This document shows positions 1 through 12,615 of a stretch of 64,000 nucleotides of DNA, piece after piece. The stretch is from Ginglymostoma cirratum. Taxonomy: Eukaryota. The stretch covers positions 15,098,387-15,162,386 of the forward strand of contig JAHRHZ010000274.1 of assembly GCA_024137785.1 (NCBI GenBank). The letters are read 5' to 3'. A model generated the notes under the pieces. That model saw nothing but the letters and a program-made list of their open reading frames with translations. It had not been told where the DNA came from and did not search any database. Position numbers and translations under genes: made by a program. Each line of letters opens with the position of its first letter. The first letter of the stretch is position 1.

Positions 1-510
1 CAATAAATTACTCCTAACCCCACGTGATTAGGATTATACTAATGTCCTCCACCATGAAAACGGAGGCAAAATATGGATTTATTGTCTCCGCTATTTCTGT
101 CCCCCCATTATTAACTCGCTAGTCTTATGCTCCAAGTGATGAACGTTCACTTTAGCTACTCTCTTCCCTTTTATATGGTTATAGAAGCTTTAGCTATCCA
201 TTGTTATATTTTCGCAAGTTTTCTTTCATTGTTTACCTTTGTTATTTTTATTACTTTTTAGTAACCCTTTGTTGATTTTTAAAAGTTTCCCAGTCTTCCA
301 GCCTGCCACTGCTTTTGCTTTATGTTATCTTTAACTTCCTTGCTTAGGAAGTTTTGCTCTCTGTTTTTGTTTTTGCTCTCTGGAATATATTTTAGTTCTG
401 AGGAATTCAATATCTACTTAAACATCTGTCACTTCTCATCAACTGTCCTATCTTTTAGTCTTCCCGTCCAATCCACTAAACCAAATTTGTCCTTGTGTCT
501 ATGTAATTAA
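1..510 (-). mobile_element. CR1-clade LINE ORF2 fragment (decayed, region between endonuclease and RT)
   Basis: Minus strand reads EIAETINPYFASVFMVED (~44-97) and KSFYNHIKGKRVAKVNV (~143-193), matching the CR1 ORF2 motifs AExLNxYFASVFTxED and KxFYxYIKxKR. Confidence 0.8.
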
Positions 511-1046
511 TGGTCATATCCTATTAAATTCTGGCTGCCACTTTGCAGGGCTAACAAATGGATGAATTCTGCATCCAGACCTACCCCACCCCCACGACCT
601 CTTCCAGCTCATTTGCTGAACTTCAAGCACCATGCCTAAAATGAGCTAGCAGCACACCATGACAACGATAATGATTGATGATGACCAACAACACAGATGT
701 CCATCTGTAGTTGTGTCAGCAGAATGCCAGCAAGCACTGGGGAAAGTAGACTGGCATGATACTTGTGGTCAAAGATCAATGTTACTGCTGTGCAGTCAGT
801 CACTTCTGTGAGTGGTGCCACACAACAACTAACTTCATGAAATACAATCTGTGTCCATTTTATTTTGTAATACACTTGAGCTTGATCCAACTGAAAGAAG
901 AGATTTCTGTCATCTGGGTGACCATTCAGGCAAGCTGCAGACTTTGCTTTGTCATGTCAATTAGCACTGGTGCCCACAGTGTGATAAAAACAGAAAAAGT
1001 TGGAAATGCTATTCTTACATTTAAAACATTATTTTTGTTTCATTCT

Positions 1047-1130
1047 CTAAAGATGCTGCCAGACCTGCTGAGCTTTTCCAGCACTTTTTTTTTGTTTCCA
1101 GATGCCCAGAATCCACAATGTATTTCTTTT
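1047..1130 (+). mobile_element. Old Penelope-like element 3' terminal fragment
   Basis: gatgctgccagacctgctgagcttttccagcac...gtttccagatgcccagaatccaca matches the PLE terminus at 4600-4640 and, reverse-complemented, at 2281-2360. Confidence 0.7.
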
Positions 1131-2276
1131 CATCTGTAAAGCTGCTTTTATAGCATGCTTATGTCCCCGACAGATGACTATGCCTCACTGACATTAATTA
1201 GCTTAAATCTAAGTGCTCTGACGTATTGCATTTCAGCTCATTAATTCTAAATAAAGCATTTAATGTGTTATGTTTAATCATTCATTTAAAACAATATTTT
1301 AGAAAGAAAGTGTCATAGCTGAGTCTCTATTTATAACTTTAGTAAACACTGATCTAAACCAAAAAGTTGTGAAACTGTTAGTCTGTTTCTTTACTCTTAT
1401 CTCATTTCAAACTAGCAAATAACTTTATTAAGATAGTGCAATCACAGGTTTGATGCAAATGTAATTCCCAGTTTACTAAAAACAGCACATGGAGGAATTT
1501 CAAGTGTGGTGTTCATAACTAAATTATTATTGTTACGTCAACATAAAAGCATTGACCTACATGTTGCATGAGAAGAAATTAACCAATCTAAAACACATTA
1601 GGTGCTTTGTGCATTACAGTATTTCCCAACCACTGAAATTCAGAGGGAGGAAATGTTACTTTTAACAAAAATAACCATTTCCCCATTTTGACATACAGAC
1701 ACTTGGGATTTAATGTATAATATTCTGACTTGTGACAGAAAACTCCTTCCAGGAGGTGGGATGGAGGAGTATAACTAAAGCCACTTGGGCACCTGCTAGG
1801 CCAAAGGGAAATCCCAAGTAATTTTCATTAACTTTGTCCCTATTATTGTGTGTACCTTAAATAGACTAAAGGCCTTCTTGGGTTAAGATGGTGGTGGCAG
1901 AATAACTTAGAAATTCAGGCACGTAAAACAATCACCTAAGCCAGCAGTATTTGTTCTTGTCTCTTCCGAAAATACTATCAATACTTTACTAGATGTTACA
2001 GGATTTGTGATATGTTCCCTCAGTTAATTTTTGTTATTTGAAATGGTGGCACCTGAGTGCATAAGAAACTTATTGAAGATTATAAGAAGAGTACTGTATT
2101 TCATTACAAGCCAGAAATATATGACCCACCATATTGATAAAGGCCACGAATCTCTCACAACCCAAACATGAGTTCATGCCTGAGTACTTAGAAAAATCAT
2201 GTCTACATGTCCTCATAGGTGGTCCTGACATGGACCAGTACAGGATGGAATCAAGAAGTTACATTTTTCAAATATA

Positions 2277-4640
2277 TACCGAAAGAACTGCAGAAACTGT
2301 AAATCAAGAACAAAAACAGAAATTGCTGGAAAAGCTCAGCAGGTCTGGCAGCATCTGTGAAGAAAAATCAGTTAGCATTTCAGGTCCGATGACCCTTCTT
2401 CAGGACTGATGGTAGCTAGGAAAGTGTTGGTTTACATGCAGAAGATAGGGTGGGGGGATGGGAAAAGAAATAAATGATAGGATAAAGGATAGAGCCCAAA
2501 GAGAGAGAAGAACAGTTGGATAGACAAAGGAGTTGATAAACGATCTGACTAGGGAGGGTGAATAGCTGTTAATGGGGACTGTTAGTGACTAACAATAGGT
2601 AGTGGAGGGGGAGATGAAATGAGGTCAATTACCGTATTTGATACAATGGCCCAATGTTCCTCCAAGCTCATTGTCCCCCAGCCCCATGCAGCTCACTTCT
2701 ACCTCCTTCTAAAAATCCACAAACATGACTGCCCAGGCAGACGCACTGCTTCAAACTGCTTCTGCCCCACAGAACACATCTCTTCTTACTTGATTCAGTC
2801 TCTTCTCCCCTGGTCCAGTCCCTGCCCACATACATTTGAAATTCCTCTGACGCTTTATGCCAGTTTCAAAATTCCCAGTTTGCAGGGTCCAGCTGCCTCC
2901 TGTTTACCGTGGACATGCAATTCCTTTACAAGTCCATCCCTTAACAGGATGGTCTCAGGGCTTTCCACTTCTTCCTGCAGCAAAGGTCTGAACCGTCCCT
3001 ACCCACCACCACCCTCCTCCTCTTGGCTTAGCTCGTCCTCACCCTCAACAACTTCTCTTTTACCTCCTTTCATTTTCTTCAGATCAGAGGGCTAGCCATA
3101 GGCACCTGCATGGGCTCATGTTAAGCCTGTATCTTTGTGGAGTATGTGGAACATTCCTTGTTCCAGTCCTCTTCCAGCCCCCATCCACAACTCTTTCTCC
3201 AATATAATCGATGATATCATCGCTGCTCCTTCCCTCTCATCCGGAATTTGAAAAGTTCATCGATTTTGCTTCCAATTTCCACCCTGACCTCATTTTCACC
3301 TGGTCTATCTTTGGCTCTTCCCTTCCCTTCCTCAACATCTGTTTTACTTTCTGGGGATAGACTGGCCACTAAAATCCACTATAAACCCACTGAGTCCCAC
3401 AGCTATCTGGAGGATATATCCTCACATCTTACTTCCTGTAAAGGCTCCATCCCATTCTCTCAGTTCTTCCATTTCCACTGCATTTGTTCAGATGAGGCCA
3501 ACTTTGACAAGGCAGCTTCTGAAATGCCCAGTTTCGTCCTCAACCAAGGATTCCCCAGCACCATTGTTGACAGGGCCCTCAACCATCTCCTGACCCATCT
3601 CCCACACTTCTGCCCTCACTCCCTCTTTTCTCTTCCACAACAGCAATAGGGTTCTCCTTGTCCTTACCTACCATACCACCGGTATCCACATCCAGAAGGT
3701 CATCAGACGCCATTTCCGCCACCTCCAGCAAGATGCCACTACCAGACACATATTCCCCTCCCCTCTCATCTGCCTTCTGCGGGGACCGTTCCCCCGATCC
3801 AGTATTCCTTCACTCCCTTCATCCAAACGCCCCCTCCCCAAGAGCCCCACGGCACCTTCCCCTGCAACCACCAAAGGTGTAACACTTGCCCATTTACCTC
3901 CTCCCTCCCCCAGTATCCCAGGGCCTAAACGTACCTTCCTCGTGAAACAGCCCTTCACCTGGCACTTCCCACAATCTAATTCACTGCATTTGCTGCTCAC
4001 AATGTGGTTTCCTCTACACTGGGGAGATGAAGCATAAACTGGGTGACTGCTTCGCAGAACATCTCCTTACTGCCTGCAAAAAAGGACCTTGAACTTCCTG
4101 TTGCCTGCCACTTCAACACATCACCGTGTTCCCTAGCCAATATCTCAGTCTCAGACTTGCTGCAGTGTTCCAGCAAAGCTCAGCACAAGCTGGAAGAACA
4201 ACACCTCGTTTTCCGTTTGGGGACCCTGCAGACTTCCGGACTCAATATCGAGTTCAATAATTTTTAGAGCCTGAACTCTTCCATGTCCGAGCCCCCTACT
4301 CCACACACCAGACCTTGTTATCACATAGCCTGCCATTACACACTACCTATTGTTAGTCACTACGCGGAACCCATTAACAGGTATTCACCCTCCTAGCCAG
4401 ATCATTATCAACTCCTTTGTCTATCCAACTGGTCTTCTCTCTTTGGGCTCTATCCCCATCTATCATTTACTCCTTACCCCTTTCCCTTTCCACCCCCCCG
4501 CCCCCACCCACTGTCTTCAGCATCTAAACCGACATTTTCCTAGTTATCATCAGATCTGAAAAAGGGTCATCGCACCGGAAACGTTAACTCTGATTTTTCT
4601 TCAGATGCTGAGCTTTTCCAGCAACTTGTTTTTGTTCCTG
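2277..4640 (+). mobile_element. Penelope-like retroelement (5'-truncated, frameshifted RT + GIY-YIG endonuclease) with inverted terminal copy and 13-bp TSD
   Basis: RT motifs LLKIHKHDCPGR..CFCPTEHISSYL (~2700-2790), GxAIGTCMG (~3090-3115), IDD (~3208) and SIPFSQF..ICSDE (~3445-3495). GIY-YIG-like LIHCICCSQCGFLYTGE..LGDCFAEH (~3976-4062) and KLEEQHLVFRLGTLQTSGLNIEF. 2310-2605 is the reverse complement of ~4341-4640. Flanking direct repeat tttttcaaatata at 2264-2276 and 4641-4653. Confidence 0.93.
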
Positions 4641-4770
4641 TTTTTCAAATATACTTGACTGAATGTATAGTGGGAGGTACAGGAATGTCTTCTCAGATAT
4701 CTTAAATAATTACTTGCTTGTTAAGTAATGACACTGAAACCATTTTATGCATGCCAACTTAACACAACCA

Positions 4771-5684
4771 TTTTTTATTCATAAGATTTGGGCATCACTG
4801 GATTGCCTAGTATATATTGCCCACCCCTAATTGCCCAGAGGCAGTTAAGAATCAACCACGCATTGCTGTGGGTCTGGAGTCACATATAGCCCAGACCCAG
4901 TAAGGATGGCAGTTTCCCTCCCTAAATGGCATTAGTGAACCAGATGGGTTTCCCCCCTAACAATTGGTAACGTCATGCTGCAACTGTACAAAACACTAGT
5001 GCGGCCTCACTTGGAATATTGCATACAGTTCTGGTCGCCCCATTACAGGAAGGATGTGGAAGCATTGGAAAAGGAGCAGAGGAGATTTACCAGGATGTTG
5101 CCTGGTCTGGAGCGAAGGTCTTATGAGGAAAGGCTGAGGGACTTGGGTCTGTTCTCATTGGAGAGAAGAAGGCTAAGAGGGGATTTAATAGAGACATACA
5201 AAATGATCAGAGGATTAGATAGGGTGGACAGTGAGAGTCTTTTTCCTAGGATGATGACGTCGGCTAGTACGAGGGGGCATAGCTGCAAATTGAGGGGTGA
5301 TAGATTTAAGACAGATGTCAGAGGCAGGTTCTTTACTCAGAGAGTGGTAAGGGCGTGGAATGCCCTGCCTGCCAATGTAGTTAACTCAGCCACATTAGGG
5401 GCATTTAAACAGTCCTTGGATAAGCATATGGATGATGATGGGATAGTGTAGGGGGATGGGCTTAGATTAGTTCACAGGTCAGCGCAACATCGAGGGCCGA
5501 AGGGCCTGTTCTGCGCTGTATTGTTCTATGTTCTATGGTTTCATGGTCATCACTAGATTATTAATTCCAGATTTCCCTTGAATTCAAACTCCACTATCTG
5601 CTCTAGGAGGATTTGAACCTGGGTCCCCAGAACATTCCCTGGATTAATATTCCAGTGGTAATACCACTAGGTCATCACCTCCCC
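4771..5684 (-). mobile_element. tRNA-derived shark SINE (family 2), interrupted by a CR1 insertion
   Basis: The reverse complement matches the SINE at 40818-41723: head ggggaggtgatgacctagtggta..caggttcaaatcc, body catctggttcactaatg..tgactccagacccacagcaatg, tail gggcaattaggggtgggcaat. Confidence 0.8.
4971..5536 (+). mobile_element. Young CR1 LINE 3' fragment (uninterrupted ORF2 C-terminus + 3'UTR)
   Basis: ORF 4975-5451 LYKTLVRPHLEYCIQFWSP..RLRDLGLFSLERRRLRGDLIETYK..FFTQRVVRAWNALP; ends in a (gttctat)n tail. Confidence 0.95.
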
Positions 5685-5908
5685 ATCACATGATACCTGA
5701 TAGATATAATGAAATTGATCTACAAACTCTGACACCAACATGATCTGTTCTCCTCAATAAAGTTCTAATGAATGACTAATGATGTTCAAATGTGCAGCAC
5801 AATCAAAATTCATGGCAGGAATATATTTTTAAAAGTTCCTTATTAGCTTTGAACATGTATGAAATACAGTTTCCATATTTAGCTGGAACTCATTACTGAA
5901 ATATAACA

Positions 5909-6137
5909 GCCTGTGTGGAGTTTGCACATTCTCCCCGTGTCTGTGTGGATTTCCTCCAGGTGTTCTAGTTTCCTCCCACAGTCCAAAGATGTGCAGGTTA
6001 GGTGGATTGGCTGTGCTAAATTGCTCATAGTGTTCAGGGATGTGTGGATTAGGTGGGGTATAGGGGTATAGGTGAGATGTTCATAGGGTCGGTGTGACTT
6101 GTTGTGCCAGAGGATCAACTGTAGGGATTCTATGATC
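5909..6137 (+). mobile_element. HE1-type V-SINE, 5'-truncated
   Basis: V-domain tgtgtggagtttgcacattctccccgtgtctg..ttcctcccacagtccaaagatgtgcagg and tail ctgtagggattctatgat. Confidence 0.88.
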
Positions 6138-6662
6138 AATGATCTTAATGATGTCACTTGAGTTTTACTTTCTTTATGTATATACACTTAATCAGTTCCT
6201 TACACTCAGGTACCACCATTTTAAGGAACAAAAGTAAATAAATTATTTGAGGAAACATATCACTAATCCTGTAACATACAGTAAAGTGTTAAAGTATTTT
6301 TAGAAGAGAGAAGAACAAATTGCTTGAATCACTCATCTGCCCACATCTTTGTAAAGTTGGAGTAGGAGAAGGTTTTGAAACTCTTAGATTTGTTAAATCA
6401 AATGCTTGGATCAGCTTTCCAAACTGGTGAACCTTTAACTAACAGATGTTGGCATATAGGTTGGCCACAGAGTTTTCGAAAAATCTCTCCAAAGACAGCC
6501 TCGACTTGCATGCCTTTCTTAAAAACAACAGACCAGCTTCGATGGAGATGGTTGCTATCTTGAAATGTCACCTTCCTCCAATGCAAACAGTAGGCATGCC
6601 TTAAAACTCTGCCCACTTAGATGCAGCCTGTATCACCTGCTTGATCCTCTCTGCCCATTTAT

Positions 6663-6862
6663 AAGGTAAAAGGTAAATTAAAGTCACCATAGCCTTGCCA
6701 AGAGATTACAGAGAGACAACCTGTGGTGGTTTAACCTAAGGGTCACTGCACGTCAAGGGAGAATGGAGAGAAAACATCCTTTGTGGTAACCTCAGCTGGT
6801 GCAGGAATTGAGCTCACCATTGGTACCACAAACCAGCCAGCCGACTGAGCTAACGGACGCCC
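6663..6862 (-). mobile_element. Short tRNA-derived SINE
   Basis: Minus strand begins gggcgtccgtTAGCTCAGTCGG (A box) followed by gagctcaattcc (degenerate B box); ends in an (accttt)n-like tail. Confidence 0.65.
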
Positions 6863-7210
6863 AATATAAAGGTACCAGTAAATAAAGCATGAATTTATGG
6901 AGAGAAAAATTGAGGCTGACAACTGTTGCACGGCATAGCTGAAAACAGAGCATATGTAAAAACATATTGAGGGGCTGGAGATAGTGTTGCTTTATACAAT
7001 GGCTGATGTATACACGGATTTTCAGACAGCTGACAGAATGGTAAACTCTTTTTAATTGGTAGAAGTATAATATTAATGTAAAGACTTCTGAGCTTAAATT
7101 ATTCTTAAAGTTTAAATAACTGGCGAGATAGGAATCAATGAGAATTAGATCATAAAAAATGAAGGTATTGTCATCAATGACATGTCTTCAAGATGATCTC
7201 AGGATGATGT

Positions 7211-7775
7211 CAGCCATAGCTAAGTTGGCAACTCTCTTGCCTCAATCACAAATTTCCAAGTTCAAGCCCCACTCCAAGAGCTGAACATAAAAACCAAAGC
7301 AGGCACTTTATAGTGCAAGACAGTGTGCTGCACTGAAGATGATGCTAGGATTTGGATGAGATGTTAAAGAAGAAGCTTCTGGCCTTTTCAGGAGGATGTA
7401 GGAGATTACAATCGCACTGCTGCAAGGAGGAAAGGGAAGTTATTAGTGGTGGCCTGGACAATATTTGTCCCTTCAATATACATCACAAATATGCTGATCA
7501 GGATCAATTTGCTGCTGGTGGGAAATTGCTGTGTGCAAAACTGGGTGCCACGTTTCTTGTATTACAACAGTAGCTATGCTGACTCTTGTGGCACTGAGGT
7601 AATGTCCTTACCTCTGAAGGAGAAGGCCCAGGTTCAAGTCCTACGTGCTCTAAAGGTGTGCACTAACATCTTTGAACATATTGATTAGCAAATATCAAAA
7701 GCACTTCATTGGCTGTAAAGCATATTGAGACATCTTAGTTGTGAAAGGTGCAACATAAATGTAAGGCTTTTTTTA
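7211..7775 (+). mobile_element. Old Deu-domain SINE (SacSINE1/AmnSINE-like) with L2-type tail; a short tRNA SINE is nested at ~7572-7695
   Basis: tRNA-like head, Deu-like core (ggatgagatgttaaa..caggaggatgtaggagat..ggcctggacaatatttgtccc) and tail ggctgtaaagcatattgagacatc..gtgaaaggtgcaacataaatg. Confidence 0.65.
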
Positions 7776-7954
7776 AAATCTTTCTCAATACTGTTCTTTC
7801 ACAGCATTATTATGTTACATTTTCAGAGCAAGCTCACCAAGAAGGCACAGTTGAAAGGTTCACAGCAACGTAAACAACAGCATTTATCATAAATGGAGCT
7901 CTTTATTTTACTTTCCTCCCTCCATTTTATGCCTTCTTCTAATAAAAAAGTGTG

Positions 7955-9445
7955 ATGCTGGGGTCCAACACAGGCAAGGTGCCAAAGGATTAGAGCTCTG
8001 CAAACATTGTACCTTTATTCAAAAAGAACGTGAACGATAGGCCAAATAATTATAGGTCAATCAATCTGACCTCAGAGATAGGCAATTTGCTAGAATCAAT
8101 ATTGAGATATAAGATTAACTGTCCTTTGCAAAGGTATGGATTAATCAAGGATAGCCAGCAGAGTTTTGTTAAAAAATAAAATCAATTGAATTTTTTTGAG
8201 AATGCAGCCAGGAGATTTGAGGAGGGTAGGGCAGTAAATGTTATCAACATGGATTTTAGTAAGGCATTTGACAAGGTCTCACATGGCAGACTGGTCAGAA
8301 ATATAAAGCTCATGGAATTCGGGGGAATGTGGTGAGTTGGATCCAAAATCGGCACAGTGAAAGGAAACAAAGGGTAATGGTTGACAGATGATTTTGTTAA
8401 TTGAAGGTGGTTTCTACTGATGTTCAGTGTTGCATCCCTCACTGTTTGTGGGGTATGTTAATGATTTAGACTTAAATGAGGGAGGCATAATTGGGAAATT
8501 TTCAGTCAACACAAAACTTGGCCGGGCAGAGGTAATGAAGAGAACGACCATTGACTGCAAGATGATATGCATCTAGAGAGGGTGAACAAATTAAGAGAAT
8601 GGATAATAAGCAGGAGAGTATTGAGAGGGTAGAAGAAGTGAGAAACCTCAAAGTATGTTCTCGGGCCCCTGAAGGTGGAAAGGCAGGTGGATGAGGTGGT
8701 AGAGAAGGCATATGGAATGACGTCCTTCATTGAGTGACGTACTGAATACTAAATCAGGGATGTAATGCTGGAACTAAAGGTACTGATTAGGCCATGGCTG
8801 GAGTTTTATGTACAGTCTGGTTACCACATTACAGGAAGGATATTATTGAGTGTACAGAGGAGATGTACAAGAATGTTTCCAGGGCTTGAAAATTGCAGCT
8901 CTGGGCAAATGTTGGATTGGTTAGAGTTATTTTCCTTGGAATAGCGGGTACGGAGGGGTGACATAATTGAGGTGTACAAAATAACAAGGCAACATAAAAA
9001 CCAAAAGAGCTGCGGATGCTGTAAATCAGGAACAAAAACAAAGTCGCTGGAAAAGTTCAGCAGGTCTGGCAGCATCTGTGGAGGAGAAAACAGTTAACGT
9101 TTTGGGTTTGGTGACCCTTCCTCAGAACAAAATAACAAGGCACTTGGACAGTATGGACAGGAAAGACCCATTTCCTGTTGCAGGGAGGTCAATTACCAGG
9201 GAAACTGGTAGAGGATTAGAGGGGACATGAGGAAAGGTTTTTTTTTCAACTCAGAGGGATGGGTGTCTATGTTTCACTACCCAGTTTGTTGGAAACTTTC
9301 AACTCTCTTCAGAGGAATCTTAATCCACACAAGAATTATAACCTGCATAGTTATGGGCAAAGTCCTGGAAAGTGAGACTAAAATGGGCAGCTCGCAGAAA
9401 AGCAACATGCTGAGTGACCACTGTTTTACATTGGAACTTTTCAAT
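7955..9445 (+). mobile_element. CR1 LINE RT-to-3' fragment, decayed, interrupted by a PLE
   Basis: ANIVPLFKKN..NYRSINLTS (~8000-8075), MDFSKAFDKVSH (~8249-8284), then CR1 C-terminal motifs through ~9300. Confidence 0.88.
8992..9126 (-). mobile_element. Short PLE 3'-end insertion with 16-bp TSD
   Basis: Homologous to 2281-2405; flanked by acaaaataacaaggca at 8976-8991 and 9127-9142. Confidence 0.9.
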
Positions 9446-9744
9446 AGATCTAACACACATGCTGCCTGCTAGCTTAAACATCAAGGCTGGAGTTTCCTGA
9501 ATTATACCAATTCAGAAAAAAAAATATGAAGTTTACTGCTTTTGTGCTGACCTTGCTAATGGGAACTGACATCAAAGTTTCCTGTAGAGTTTATTAGATG
9601 ATGTAAAAGGAATACCAGGGAGTCCACTACTCCACCTTCCCCTCCAACATCACTTTTTTGCTATCTGTGCTACTCCTCTACCATCAGACAGGACCTTTTC
9701 ACTGAGAAGGTCATTCCGGCAGCTTAGGCACTTTTTTGTTTGTT

Positions 9745-10128
9745 TCTTCTTTCACAGGATGTGGATTTTGCCCCAAGCCCACATTTGATATGCACTCATA
9801 AATACACTTGAACTGAATGGCTTGCTAGGCCATTTCAGAGGACTGTTAGGAATCAAACTCATAGCCATGGGTTAGGAGTTATATGTAAGCCTGACCAGTA
9901 CCGGAATGCATTTTTATTTTTCTTCCCTAAAGAAAAATAGTGAACCAGATGCATTTTTACACCAATTGACAATGGGTTCTAGGCAACTATTAAATTAGAT
10001 TCTCATTTTTAATTCCAGATTTATTAATTAAGTTTATATTTCACTATCTGCCATGGTGAGATCTGAACCAAATGCCCAGACCATTAGTTTGGGTCTCCAG
10101 AGCCAATGACTATGCCATTGCTTTCCCT
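9745..10128 (-). mobile_element. Older copy of tRNA SINE family 2
   Basis: Shares tagtgaaccagatg, ttaattccagat and cactatctgccatggtgagat with 4771-5684. Confidence 0.65.
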
Positions 10129-10159
10129 TGAATGAGTAAGGAAGGGACACATTCAGAAT

Positions 10160-10521
10160 TGAAATAACTCCAAGTCACCAAGTCACCAAGTCACCAAGTC
10201 ACCAAGTCACCAAGTCACCAAGTCACCAAGTCACCAAGTCACCAAGTCACCAAGTCACCAAGTCACCAAGTCACCAAGTCACCNNNNNNNNNNAGTCACC
10301 AAGTCACCAAGTCACCAAGTCACCAAGTCACCAAGTCACCTTTTACTTACATGTGGGGAGTCCTTGATACTGATCCAACTTTCTCAGAGTGAGCAGAACC
10401 TCTGACACTCCTGTTTATATCTGTCAGCCAGGGCTCCCTGATTGGACTAGATTCAACTGCCCCAATCAGGGAATCTATATTCTATGGGGTCCACCTGGCT
10501 GACTGTGTTATAATCACTACA
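10160..10521 (-). mobile_element. Solo LTR with internal tandem expansion
   Basis: Minus strand starts TGTAGTGA and ends TATTTCA (TG..CA). Flanks agaat (10155-10159) and ggaat (10522-10526) form a 5-bp TSD with one mismatch. Paired CCAAT boxes at 10436-10471, TATA-like ATATAAA at 10414-10420 and polyA-like AGTAAA at ~10342-10347. Confidence 0.72.
10170..10340. repeat. Perfect 8-bp tandem repeat (caagtcac)n containing a 10-N gap
   Basis: Directly visible, about 20 units; Ns at 10284-10293. Confidence 0.97.
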
Positions 10522-11904
10522 GGAATATTTAAGGTGCACTAGGGCTGGCACCATTTTGATTTTAAAAAAAGCATAAGCATCGGTGCCTCTTTTTAAAAAA
10601 TCATGATTAAAATAATTACCAATCTCCAGAAATCTCAGTTGTGCCAATAGAAAAGTGATTTTGGGCAATGGGTTTGCATACAAGAGCCACACTAATACAT
10701 TATTCAGGGAAATGTGAGATACTCCTGCAAGTTATCTGGCACAGTGAGATAACCTTATTTAAATGAGGATCAGAGCATTTAGCCGGACCCATCTCACAAG
10801 TGGTGGACTAAACGATGAAAATTCTGGTGGCTCAACTATTCACCCTAAACCCAGCTCTTATCAATGATGTGCAAATGTTTTCAAAGATAAAATAGCGCAA
10901 CCGTATTCTTTGTTGTAGTTACATGAAATTCTCCAGGAAATACCCAACCTGCATATCAGCTGTCCTGAAACTTGCTCTTGTGTACAAGTATACCCACCGC
11001 AGTCCAATTCTGGCCACACCCGTTGTGATGCACATTCCCTTTCCGTCGTGAGCCAAGTGATCCGAATGAGAATTTTCTTCCCAGTGCTTTATCCCTATGG
11101 GCATCATGATTGAGATCAGCTAACTCAGCACATGTACCAAATTCATGCCATTGAAGGAACAACAAAGGTAATGGTTTGTTTTCCCAAAATCAAATCAGAT
11201 TACTGCAAATTGTGTTACGCCCGTTTAATGTCCAAGATTCAACACAGGAAGGTACAATTTAGGAAAACAATTTTTTTCTGAAAATTATTGCACAGTCATA
11301 ACACGTCATAAGTCACTTCTTCTGTAAAGCCCCATATACGGATAGGTATGCGTTAAGATAATTTACACTACAATTATTTTGTACATTGCTGTTCTTTGTT
11401 CCATCTTGCCCCTGCCTTGAACTGTTCTAGTTATGACAAGCTTAAGAAGGGAAGTCTGTGTAAAAACGCAACTGCTAACTTCTAACCTGGGAGACAAAGA
11501 AGATTGTGCGATGCAATTGTTGTTGGAAACTGCTCAACAATTTCATATGAAATTCCTAAAGTGGCCAGATTAAGTGCTCTGTTACAATAACAGAGGAATA
11601 TCCACCGAGAGTGCTAAATGTTCAAATGCTAAAATATTCATCACGTGATTTGGAGGGTGAAAAAAACCCTTTATATGAGAAAGAATTTGACTCAAATCAA
11701 CACTGAAGTCAAACAGCAAGATTGAAAACTGAATCTGTGCAGGGAGAGATAGGCAAATAAATAGATTTCAGAAATGTGACACTACATAGCCACAAAGATG
11801 ACTTTGCGCTTTATGAACTCTTATACTTTCTTATATGGAACGTTAATGCGCATAGATATTATGAAAAAAGTATGTGGTGACTGCTGTATCTTGTAATACT
11901 GGAG

Positions 11905-12615
11905 ATCATAAGAAGTAGGAACAGGAGGAGGCCATTCGGACCCTGAAGCTTGTTCCAACATTCAAGCGGATCATGGCTGATCCAACATTCCTCATATCCA
12001 CTTTCCTGCATTTTCCCTTGATTCCACTACCGATCAAGAATCAGTCAATCTCAGCCTTAAATATACACAAAGACTCTACCCCCACAGATCTCTGCGGAAA
12101 GGAATTCCAAAGACTCACTGCTCTCTCAGAAAAGAAAATTCCTCCTCATCTCAGTCTTAAATTGGCGCCCCTTTATTCTGAGACTATGCCCTCTGGTCCT
12201 AGACTGTCCCATGAGGGGAAACATCCTTTCAGCATTTATCCTGTCAACCCCCTTAAGAATCCTGTGTGTTTCAATTAGATCATCTATCATTCTTCTAAAA
12301 TTCAGTGAATAGAGTCCTAACCTGTTTGGCCTTTGGTCATCCTAGTGAGCTGAACTGCCTCCAATGAAATAATATCTTTCCTTAAATAAAAAGACCAAAA
12401 CTGCTCACAGCACTCCACAAGTGGTCTCACCAGCACCTTGTACATTTGCAGCAAGACTTCCCTAAACTTGTACTCCAATGCCTTGAAATAAGGGCCAACA
12501 TTCCATGAGCCTTCCTGATCTCCTGCTGCAGCTGTGTGCTAACTTTCTATGTTTGGTGCACAAGTTCTCCCAAGTCCCTTCATGTTGCAGCTTTTTGCAA
12601 TTCTTCTCCGTTTAA
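11905..12615 (-). mobile_element. CR1 LINE 3' fragment
   Basis: Minus strand VLLQMYKVLVRPLVECCEQFWSFYLRK (~12378-12458); CR1-type 3'UTR (gaatggcctcctcctgttcctac) at the left end. Confidence 0.88.

Noticed and set aside
4975-5451. 158-aa ORF as a host gene
   Set aside because: It is the C-terminus of CR1 ORF2 in a 5'-truncated insertion.
10170-10340. CRISPR-like or telomeric array
   Set aside because: No spacers and not TTAGGG; it is a simple 8-mer tandem repeat in eukaryotic DNA.
10919-11167. Exon-like segment bounded by ttgttgtag and aag/gtaat
   Set aside because: All three plus frames hit stops and no peptide on either strand is recognisable; a non-coding exon cannot be excluded or supported.
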